Shown: positions 51,101 through 63,100 of the stretch, piece after piece
Layout: the number at the start of each line of letters is the position of its first letter
Position numbering within the stretch: the stretch's first letter is position 1
Source: Phoronis australis
Lineage: Eukaryota; Animalia; Phoronida
Direction: 5' to 3'
DNA length: 64,000 nucleotides
Assembly: GCA_002633005.1 (NCBI GenBank)
Contig: NMRA01000354.1
Span: 124,001 to 188,000 of the forward strand
The notes under the pieces: generated by a model
What the model was told of the DNA's origin: nothing
What the model saw: the letters and a program-made list of their open reading frames with translations, nothing else
Databases searched by the model: none
Position numbers and translations under genes: made by a program

Positions 51101-54100
51101 CAACTCCTCATCAAGATGTCAGTTTCGTTTCTAGCAAGAAAGTAACATGAAGCTAAGACCACCAAATTTTACTCGAGCCTCGACTCGAAAGATACCCAGC
51201 ATTCAAAGTTTAATGAAAACTTGCTGCGCTTTTGTCAGCTTTCAAGTTGAGTCTCAAGTAAACCTTGTGCACTGATCTTCCATGGTTTCACTCATGGTTA
51301 ATTTACATCCTCGTCCTTCATCATTTCCAGTGTGTACCCTTCTGGCCAACCAAACTAGGTAAAGATATGAAGATGAAGGTGAAGGTCGAGGGGCATGAGT
51401 CAGAGACGTCGCCATTCCTGTTCAGTAAACCTCACACAACTCTGATGAAGCTTGAGAATGGGGTAAGACGTTGTTTGGCATTGTTGTTTGGCGTTGTTGA
51501 ATTGAATATATTGTCGGTTCATTTCTAGTTATATTGCTCAAAGTTGCCTTATTGATATTGAAAACAACTGAGCATTGTCACCTAAACTATCGAGGTGTAT
51601 TATTAGTTTCACTAAAAACATTTATTTCGCTTTCAACTGAAACTTTCTAGGGTTGTGTCAAGTAAAGAGTGAAAGGATATTTAGTAAGTTATTTGGTATG
51701 AATAACGATAATTACTAAGTCAGTTATGTGGTATAAAAAATGATATTTAGACACTTATGTGGTATAAATAAACCTTAACTGTAAGCGTATGGAATCTTTG
51801 AATTCTAAATCAGCTGAGAGACTAGTGTGTGTGTGTCAGGTGATCAGTCTCCCAATAAATTCTGCATAAAGATATTACAAAACTACGTTGTAGCTGTTTT
51901 TGTCAGTTCAAACTGGCGATTTTTTTTAAAAAATAGTCCAGCCATTTTATTAAAGTTGTTTGACCAATATGGGCAAATGGCACAAAGTGGATTTTAATTT
52001 ACTACAACAATCACACCTTACACAAAGTTTGAAATTACGGGTTTGAAATCTATTATTAACAGCCTGTAAATAATACTGTTGTTAGTAATGTCTTTGCTTA
52101 TACATCTCCTTCGACAAAATTTTCCACAAATTATTGCCCAAACTCTAGGTCTGTGTAGATCAGTTATCTTCATATCCTACAGTATGCGCAAGATGTGCAC
52201 CCTGTGCCTGAGTGTTTGTACAACACCAACTGTAAATATAATTATTCTCGTGACATATTTTGGCCCGATGCTCATTTTCAGGTTGGTGGCGTGAATGTCG
52301 AGTGCACCGTGACAGAGGCCGCTGTAGTGCTGGTCATGTCGGAGTACAAGAAGGGATTGGCTGCTGTACGGCTTGTCAATCACACAGACTATGTCGTCTG
52401 CTACTCACAGAAGTATGGGCTCTTCTTATTGGCTAATGTTTTGCATCTCACACATGCTACATTAATTCTGAATTGCACAGTGGCACTATAATGTAGTGAA
52501 ACCTTAGCGTTTACAGATGGATTTATTTTAGTGTAAAAATATTATTCGGTCATTGTTGTAAACTGAAATCTTTTTTGGCTCATTTATCTGCTAAGTTTAG
52601 AGAGAGTATCACCTCCAAAGTTTGGATAATCGAGATTTAATCTATTCTTTTAAATAACTTAAAAATTACCGGACCCGAACTTGGTGAATAAGACTGCTAA
52701 AGTTCAAACTGAATTAAATTTGTGGTATTTTATTCATTATTTGATGCAGGTACAAAAATTCCCAAACTCACATGTCCAAGTTTTCTCTAACGATAATGGC
52801 GAATCATATTTTCCAGGATCCTGATAAAATTGTCCTGCGAACAGGTGGTTTTGGGAATTTTTTTGAACCTGCATCAAAAATCGTGATTCGTTTTGATGCA
52901 AAAAATTGAATTTTAGTCGTTTTATTTCCCTACCTCTGGTCCCGCAACTTGAATGATGGGAAATGCATTGCATGTGCCCCATTGTATGTAGTTGACCAGC
53001 TTGCTATACACATTGTTTCCCCACCCATGAACTTTTAGTTTACCTGCTTTGTGCTGTATCATTAACCCTCTAGACTGCTTTTGTAGTGTGCGGCACTGGC
53101 ATAGTGTCTGCATTTTTTTGACTAACAGTTTCAACTTTAGTCCTTGTCAGTAAGTAGTAACTGGGTCTGTGTATAAGTAACTGTAGCTTCTGGTTTGTAG
53201 GTAGCTCTAACTTGTATTCTGAGCCAACTTGTTTTGGCTACGTATGTTTTGGTATTCAACCAAATAAGCAAGCAAGTGATGAAGTTAAGCTTCTCATGTC
53301 GTTTCAAATATTCACTCGCTGTGAATCAGATAATTAGAAAATTCACTTTTTATCTGCATATTGAGTACGCTCTTATTTATGGACTTTGCAGCACATCTTT
53401 GGTTTTTGGAAAAAGACACTCCACAGGGTATTGAAATTGGTATTTTATATTTGCTTCATTTTCAGACAGAATGTTATGTACCAAATGAGTGGAATTTCAT
53501 TTTATCAAATTAACGGTAACAAGACAAAAGTAATCGAACAAAATACCGCTTCCCTATTATGATGGCCAATTCTGTAATGACTGTTATGTCGGTGTAATTC
53601 TAATTGCAGAGTGTTTCTTAAACATTAATAATTCACCAGTGTGAATGTCCCTTAATTCTTGGTAAAGAATGGGTACTCTGTAGTTTCAACGGAAACAGTA
53701 ATACATAACAAAAACATTAAAATACCAAATTCTTCAAGCAGGCTGCTAGACTTGCTAAATATGAACAGTAAATTTAAAGCACAGTGTCTGTTGCAATGGG
53801 CCTGTAGAAGGCCTAAGTAACGTGTCAGCCTTTTTGCTTCGCGTACTTTATTTCACACAATTCCAACACCACCGTCATATTTTTATTTTCATTATTTGAA
53901 CTGCATTGGCTAAGCATTGGTCACATAGGTCAGGCTATTGCACAAAATACGATTTGAAACTCGTGAGAACCCTCTCATGCATTTGTAGTCATTGGACTAT
54001 TACTGGGAGGTTGTACAAATTAGTCCATAACCATGTAAGCCACACTCAGACGAGGCAGTAGGTTCGAGTCTCACTGGGACACACTGTCTGACCTTTGAGT

Positions 54101-57100
54101 CGGGTCTCCAGCTCCTCAGCTCGGTTTTAACTATATGTTAATAATGAAGCATAAAAATGGCTTCTGGTGATCAGTGCTATGAGCCTACGTGAGTGGCCTA
54201 CATGCATCTGGTACAACATGTACCAGATCACCTGCAATTATTTTTAAGCCTCACTCATCTAAGCATTTGGAACTTTGTCCAGTTTACGGTGCATGATTGC
54301 TTAGCAACCTCGTGCCAAACTTCTTTTTTGTGAACTCTCATTCGGTTATTGTGACTTATGGGAAGTCTGATGATAATTACGCATAGATGTTCATGTTGTG
54401 TGTTCATTCACCTTCCCGTGCTGCCAGACGGATAAGGAAAGCGTTGTTTAAGAAAAGTTCAAAAATGGAGAACGCTACTCTTGAGTCGAAATCCGAAAAA
54501 GATCAGGCAGGAGTGGAAAAAGATAGTAAACCAAAAAAGAAAAACAAAAAGAAACATAAGAAGAAGGCAGAGGAGGATGTCGTTCCGTTGGAGCATGAGG
54601 ATGGTGGCAGTGATGAGGAGTTTGAGTTTGACGAATCGAATTTTGAAATGGTTGATGAATCCGATCTTGCGGACACAAGGTGCCCTCACTGCACTAACTG
54701 GTTTTGCTTTAACTGTCACTCTGTGTTGACATTTCCTCATTTTAATGTTGTAACCTCTTTGCTTTGGTATAAGTTCACTGTCGTTAATTTGAGTGCAACC
54801 ATCCACTTTTCCTTGCTATCCTTAAAATCATACCAGGAATGTCTGCAAGTGTACCTCAGATAATGTCAGGCATCTGTGACAGGTGTCTGTCTAGCTCCCC
54901 AAATGTACACCAGGGGGTGCTTTCAGAATGGAAACTGATTAACAAAATATGATGTTATGTATTATTAAGTTTTGCATTGAGAAGAATTTGGGTGCAGTTT
55001 TGCTGAAAATAACCCGAACACCTGTGAAAATTATAATCTGTTTATTACAGAGCTTTATCTAACACTTTGTTTCGTTTTGAGGAAACATTCAAAAATAATA
55101 CAAGTTTAGCTCTTAAGTTAGCATTGGGAGGTTTTTAGGACAAGGGTCTACAGGTGTCTTTGTTGTAAATGTATGTAATTCCTGGTGTGTTTTAAGGGCC
55201 CAAAATTCACTGTGTTGAAAGTGAACTAGATGCTTTGGTGTGCAGGATAGATGTCATTAACAAGTATTCACCCTTCATGGTACAGAATGGTAAATGTTGT
55301 GGATTGTATTGTAGATTGTATGCAGTGTGTCTCTAGCATGCAAGCATGCACCTTCAACGTATAAAGAATCTTAGTGTAATTAGCTGCACATCTAAGTTAT
55401 TTTTGTGGTATTCATTTTTAAATTTTACATTATTTTGCTTTTGGATGACATTTTGTTACTCAGAATATATTATAGTTTCATATCATTTGAAATGTTGAGT
55501 GATTTGCATTATTGTTTGGTGTTATTTTATTTTATTGTAATATTTTAGACTTGTTATTGCAATTTTGTTACAGTAACTGTACGGTTGTCTAATTGATTAC
55601 AGTATGTAACTAAATGTCTGTTCAAAGATCTATCAAGACCAGATGCATACTCACAGTTGCTATATATGTGATTGATTTTGCCATATCGCCACTATTTTAA
55701 CAGGAAGTCAGACTTCTGCTAATTGCTTTTATATGAGAAGCTTATAGGTCAGTTTATAATATAAACAAAAGTCGTTTTTCTTCGAAATAACCTTGAACTG
55801 TTCCTTTTATGTGGCGATACCTATAGCATGTTGTTTAGTTTACAATTGCTTCACTTGATTCAATGTGCCTCAGTTCCGCCAGGTCATAAACTGGCTAAGC
55901 CACCTGATTGGTTCTCAGTGACCTCTTCCGGCTTACAGACCAATCTAGTGTCTTCGCTGCTTGATCCAGCAGAACTGACTAAGTGAGGAAAATTTTGCAT
56001 GTGTTCTTTGCCTGATTGTCCTTACCATTGTCTGATTGTGGTTTGTGGTCAAATTTCAGTAATGAAGAGAAGTCGGAAATGATGTTGAATCCCGGCGAGA
56101 CCATTCTATACGCTTGGGAGAATGCACTGGGAAAACGTCTTCTGACATGGTCTTGTGGAAAGTACAGAAAGGGTAGCGATGATCTTCTTAAGGTATGTTT
56201 GACTGATAGTTTGATCTCCGCCCACGCAGGGTCAAGTCAGAGGTTACAGGTCACATTAAAGGGTCAAGTCAGAGGTTACAGGTCACATTAAAGGGACATT
56301 ATGTGCGCGTGTGTGTGTGTGTGTGTGTGTGTGAAAACTCTTATGTTGTGTGCATGTTCTGTGGATTGTTTTAGGTATTTACTTGGAATCGGGCAATAGC
56401 TTTTTAGAAATAAGGTATGACTAGCCATTTTTCAAATTTCATGATGGTTCTAAGGTCCAGTGTGCGTTATAATGTAGTGAAAAATGTTTTAGTTGGGGGT
56501 GATGTGTTGCGACTCATTTTATGTCCTTGGTGAATAAATTTACCGAATTCATCGGATTTGTTTTTTTTTCTTGTGTAGGATGGCATGGATGGGTTCTTTG
56601 TCGACTCTGACACCAAACTCTACTGGGTGTCGTTCCTTGATGGTATGCAGAGAGTACTGTTGTTCACTCATGATATCCTACTGGCTACGATGGCGCAAGA
56701 GGTTTGTCAAATCATGTGGCACTACATTTTACACATACAGTAACAGTTTTATTCACAAGTTGTCGACCAGTCATTTGTTGTCTTAGGTTTGAGAGACTGG
56801 ATTACCATTCTTGATGACCTGAAGGGAATTGGTAGTGATCACGGCTTGAAGTGCTCACTGGTTGGATATTTCCACTTGTTGGCATGTCTACCCTCTTGTA
56901 TTCAATGCCATGAGAACCATGCTGTAAATAAGCCTTGTGTAATTTATACGTCATTTTTACCAAGCAAAATTTTACTGATGTTATTTTATCATTATCTGCA
57001 TTTTCATCGCCTTTGTCCATGTCGCCACTGTTGTTCGCATCGTCATATGATCATCATCCTCCTCATCACCATCATCGTCATTATCATTTAATAGTCTGTG

Positions 57101-60100
57101 CTCAGTTTCCAGTCATACGGCTCATGCTAGCTGTGGTCATTTCTTTAGTTTAGGCTAATTTCCATCAATTTCATTGTTGCAGGCTGGTGAGCTAGAGAGA
57201 ATAGAACAAGAGGTGGTGGTCTCTCTGCAAGGACTGGGCCTGTCTTTGGTCGACAATTTCAACAGAATTGAGATCGCTTACTTGGGAATTACGAGGTAAG
57301 TGAACGTAAGATCATCATTACATCTTTGGTTCACTTCCAGCTGGCCGTGTCGAAGATCATTGTTGAAACTGATTAAAAACAATGTGTTTTGTTTTACTCG
57401 GAATGCTTTTAACCGGAGTAGCTTCGTCAGTGCCCAGAACTGCTTTTCAATTTTTTATGCATTACCCGTGCCGTCACCCATTCATTGTTCAGACCAACCC
57501 TATAACTTAATTTGATCCTCACTCCTTTTTTATCCCCACCTGAGATGTTTTCAGGAAGCTGAAAATAAAATAACCCACTTGAGATAATACTTGAGACTTC
57601 AAATACCCATCTTAGATGGCGGCGCGTCCCTATACCAAATCCTCTTATGTTGAGCTCACGGCACACTGACATCTCAGTCATCCCTTTCACGCACTCAAGT
57701 TTAGACTAAGCACAGGGATGCGTGGTGGATAATATTCTTGTTGAATATCGTTATCATTCATTGAACTGTACATGAGCTGACAAGTTTGTCACTCTCTAGC
57801 CTCTGTGTTAGTGATCTTGAGTGTTGCTTTGGCCTGGCTCTAGGATAACAAATCATGTTTGCTTGAAATATAACGTTATGCTGTGTTTTGAATCTGTTGA
57901 CATTGATATTTTAACCTTCCACTGTTGTTCTTAATGGAGTTAACACGCTATTACAGCATTGTGTATTGAAAATTAATGTTATTCTTTCTTTAAGGGTAAC
58001 AAATTGAGACTGAACAGCTTTCAGTGACAGTATAAGGTTGAAGGTTTTACCTTTCCATAGAAATTATTAATGATATTTCTATTTGCTTTCCGCATCAGCT
58101 CTGGTGTTATTTGGGAAGAGAAGAAGAAGAGATACAAAGCACTGAAACTCAAGTACAGTGAAGGTCTGGAGATGGCCTATCAGAGGTATTTGAATGAAGT
58201 CAACACAGGCAAGAAAGTTCATGGAAAGGTGGCGCTAGATGGTAATAAATTCGAGGTATGTAGTGCTGGGAATCAATGGTTATTGTTGACGAGGACAAAA
58301 GGTACTCGCCGAAAGTGTCTTTTTAAGCAGTTGAAAACCCTCCCTTTTGATGTACACTTTGTACCACTAAAAATAAACTGAACTTTGTTCTAATTCAGAT
58401 AAGTCCTAAGCTTGATATTAACCAGGCATTGTCTGCTAAAACTGTTGGGCAAAACAATTACATTTATCATAAGTTTTATTAGTGCGTAATGTGTTTTACT
58501 GGGTCAAGAATATAGAATTAATAACAACCATTGATAGCTCTTAGTTTCTGTCTGACAGTTATTTGGATTTCAGTTGACTGTTTCAGTTATGCTCTCTTCC
58601 AAGTTCTTTTCTTTCAAACTCTGTAGAACAGTCGATGTTCAGAGGGCAGAGTGTTCAGCAGCTCACTAATCATTGCCATCAACGCCAATAAAACAACTCC
58701 TAATCCTGAACTATACAGTTAATTTTTTGCTGTACGAATAACACCGTTCATTATGAAGGTGGAGGGTAGTATTTTTAAAAGTTCATGAAATGCACAGTGT
58801 GCAAGCTATGAGAAAATTGCATAATGTGATGACTCAAATTACAATACATGGTGGGACCTCTGGTGGCGATTGTCAAAGCAACTGGGTTGTGTCCTGCTGA
58901 AACGAATACATGCTATTTGTTTATAAAATTTCTCAAACACCAATTTTTTTCTTGTTTTGGCTGCCATGTATTCCCAACAAAAACAGATTGTTGTCATAAA
59001 AGTTAAAATTGCGATTCGGTATTAGTGAATTTCGTGAATTTGTTTTAATTTAAAAAGTTGTTCAACACCACAAGGAAAGCACTTACGAACCTATCACAGG
59101 GTGGCGATGTGTATGAGGTAGTCTGATGTTTCAGTTGTGTTGTATAATTATTGAGGTTTTGTTCATACATTTTACCTGTTGTTTTCACTTTAGTTAGCAC
59201 TTCTAAAAGAATGTTTTGATATTGTATCATTTTCATTTCTAAACTAAAATCTTTTAAACAAATTTTGCTGCCATGCAAACCCAACTGGTTTTGTGTCATG
59301 TTTCCGTGTGGTGTCTAGATAGAATTCCCACAAGTCATTTACTTTTCCTTTTGCTGTGGAAAATCTCATGAATACATTACAAGAAGTCGTAATATCATTG
59401 AGAGATTGATTTCATTTCGATGTTTTCAAACGAGATAAGCTTCTTGATTTGATGTAAAAGTAATTTAAAGTAACTATCAGAATGATTGATGAGTATTATT
59501 AGTGAATATGTTTGTCACCAGGTGGATCTGGAGTCCATGACAATGATAAAGCCAAACAAGCGAAAGATCCGTCGCAGTTTCCAAGAGGGTGTCTGGCTGC
59601 AGTACAAGGCATCACCTCACCAGCTTCAGTTGCATGCTAAGATCAACAGGATACAGGTATGACAACCAGGGCTTGGAATTTTTCTCTTTTAAGAGGATTT
59701 CCTCTTTTTGTGGTTTCTATTTCATCTTATTTGGTTTCCAGTTTCCTCTTTGTCTTCTCTTTTTGTATCATTGTTTTGCCTTTATTCATGCAAAAATCGT
59801 TTCTTGCAAGTTTAATTTTACAACACACAAAAAACATTTCTATCATATAAGCCTAGCTGTAGAACGAACGACACACCACCTGAGAAATTTTCCTCTTTTT
59901 TGTCATGGGTCATTCCAAGCCCTAGACAACAAAGACTGTTCTGTAACTGCTGTGAAACCCCAGGTTATCTCATCCAATTTTGGACAGGGGCTGTCCCGCT
60001 GTAGGGTTTTGGTAAAATTGTGTGATTTTTCATCTCCTGATTACCAAGAAGTTGATCCTGTTGAATGATTTTGATCCTGTTGTATAACGTTTTTGGAAAG

Positions 60101-63100
60101 AATGTTCCCTAATGCAGAAATATTTGGTCAAACCTTATGCTAAGGTTTTTGTTAGGACTGTCGCCTTATTTAGCTGTAGCGTGAGGTTTAAACGGTTACT
60201 GGAAGTATCCGTGCTGCTCAGTTGTCAGGTCAATGTTATATATTATTTAACTTTGAGCATGTTTTGTTTGAATGGTCGGCTTCACATGTGGCCATTGTCA
60301 GTTTTAAAACATGGTTCTGCACTTGGAGTTATAGCACATACTCTTAGATCACAGACAAATGTGTTGAGAAAGAACAAGATTTGTGACCTTTTGATCATCA
60401 TTGAAGCACCTTTGTAGTCGGTATATCTGGCATTGATAATAGTGTTCCTGATTGAGTAGTCAGTCCTCACATGAATACTGTCCGTCGCAAGTAGAACTTG
60501 TTGAATCTGCTATTGAAATAGACAGGTGTGAAACTCCTGATTAGTGGACCTTTATTTTAGCTTTGCTTTTCCCTCCCCTCCCCAGGTCATCACCGTTTGT
60601 TCTACTTCCTAGGTCAGTGACCATTCTTGTTTCACATACTTCAGAATCGATCAGAGACAATTGTCGTGACTGAAGTTGGAGCTGAACTTCTCAATGAAGG
60701 TGCAGTCACACACATCGTACCCCCCCCCCCCCCNCCCATGGCTACGAGCATGCAATGTTGGCGACTAATTCTCGTGTTGTTACATGTCATCTAACCTTCA
60801 TTGTTTCCCCTTTCTAGCTGGACAACCAAGTGCCCAGCAGTGTGTTTGAGACAGTCCTGGCTCCCATTCCACCACCTAAGTCTGTGGCTGCAGAAAGTGG
60901 TAAGACTTTGTTATGTTTTTACTATTAAGCATTTTGTAAGAGTGGTTCAAACATGGTAGTCTACTGGTACCATAAGTTTCCAACACCTGCTTAATATGAA
61001 AGTATATGGTACTGAAAAGTAATTTGACATAGTGGCATGAAATTCCATATCATTTAGACTGATCACATGATTGTGGATTTCTCCTATGTGTCATTACCTG
61101 TCATAGCAGGTTATCTAACGGTATGATGGGGGAAACCGTAATCTGAAAATGTTTGACGCGTTCTATAATAATTATCTCCCCTCTCTCGTACTCTTTGACA
61201 TATGGCGTAATAATTACCTCCCTTGTCTGTTAGTGCCCAAGCCCTTCACGGAGATGAGTGTTATGTTACGTAAGCATGAACACAGCCACGTGGCTCAGGT
61301 CAAGTACTGTAGTCTGTTGATACAAGAGATGTCAGTCAAGGTTGACCAGGGATTCATCAACGCCATGATCAGCTTCTTCTCGGGAATAGGACAGGAGAAG
61401 GAAATTGAGGTGAGGACGTGAGAGATGCATTACATTACCAATTCATCCCAACCATTGGTGCAGTGATGGTCAATTTTAAGGTTACGTAGGACTTTATCAA
61501 TAAGTCTGTACATTTAGCCAAATATATACAAAACTAATAATACCTGTAATACCTGTCATGGACAGGATCATTGGGGATATGCTGGTGCATTAATCCCCTC
61601 CCCAGACCATCCCCGTGACAGCAGAAGGCGCAGAACTCCAGGGCTGACATTGCCTGTAAGCATAGAATAGAATTTAACTCAGCAGTATATATTTTCTGAA
61701 AGTTGAAATTCAGTTAAAAACACCTGGACAAAAGTCGATCTTATTTAAATAGGGAAAATCTCATTTAGTCCCAAACTGGAATGTAACGTTACGCAAATGT
61801 AAAATATCCAAGTATTGTACTTGACATGAAAGTCATTCACTCTCTAAACACCTTTCTGTTTTTATTTTGAAAAACAAATAAATGAACTTTTGTTAATTGG
61901 CAATTAAAAAAAATGTGCGTAACGGCAACGCAAATTGTTTGCGTAACGTAACACAAAAATGCGTAATATAACGCATGCGTGCGTCACCGTAACGCAAATA
62001 TGCGTAATATCACACAAATCTGCATCATATCACGCAAAAATGTGTCATATTACACCAGTGCGTAATGTGACGCATTTTTGCGTTATATCACGCACGCAAA
62101 TTTGCGTTACCGTTACACACAAATTTTTAATTGCCAATTACCAAAATCTCGTTTATTTGTTTTTCAAAGCAAAGACAAGAATGTGCTTAGGAAGTGATAG
62201 TCTTTCGAACCAAGTCATTTTTTTAAAAAATATCTGGATATTTTTCATTTGCGTCACGTTACATTCCAGTTCGGGACAAAATGAGATTTTCCCTATTTAA
62301 ATAAGATCGACTTACAAATGAATATGTTAAATCTTGAATAATTGTGTAGAAACTAAGTAGTTGATTGCAATTTATTAATTTTTCTCCTAGGCTCAACAGT
62401 TTGAAGAAGACTGCAAGTACATCTCAAAGACACTTGTAGACAGTGACGCAGGTCTGGCCTCAGTACAGGGCGGTGTCAAGAACTTCTATGAAAACCTTCA
62501 CTTTTCTCCCATCAAGGTTTGTAGCCATTAAACACAGGCTGTCTCTCATTGTCATGAACGTTAGTGTAGGAACAAGGTGCAGGCCATTACTGGGCAGATC
62601 CAATTATGTCAGTTCACTAATTGATGCATGCATATGCTAATAAAGGCCAGGAAACTTAATTATCCCTGCAAACTATCTTGAAGATAATTGGATAGAACAC
62701 TAATAAAGGTAACTATAAAGAGATTGAGTTCTCCTTAACAATGCAATCTCTGGTCTCTCTTAGAATAAATAGTGATGAGACTGGTTTTGACAGTGACTGC
62801 AAAGGTGATAGTGAACTATGTATCTCTTTTTCATTGTTAAGGTCCACCTGAGTTTCTCTATGCAAGGCTCATCAGGGCAGCAGGCTTTGATTAACTCGCG
62901 TGTCGTCAACGTGTTTCTGCAGAGTGTGGGCGTTGTCTTGACTGATGTTCAGGATGTCTTGTTCAAGTATGTGCCAAATGCTGTTCATTGCTGAGCCTCG
63001 TTTTGGTGCCTGCAAGTTATGCACTATTGCATTAACCACTTGAATACCGTCTAAGAAACTAACATTGATTTAGACTAACTGCAGTGAAACTGGTCTTACC

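Noticed and set aside
54030-54200. B-box-like ggttcgagtc (and a tRNA-like stretch at about 14085-14150)
   Set aside because: No cloverleaf or clear A-box; at most decayed SINE heads, not tRNA genes.
59589-60417. 159-aa and 101-aa + strand ORFs downstream of exon 45
   Set aside because: Low-complexity F/L/C-rich translations of T-rich intron; the first starts out of frame inside a VPS13 exon; no promoter or domain support.
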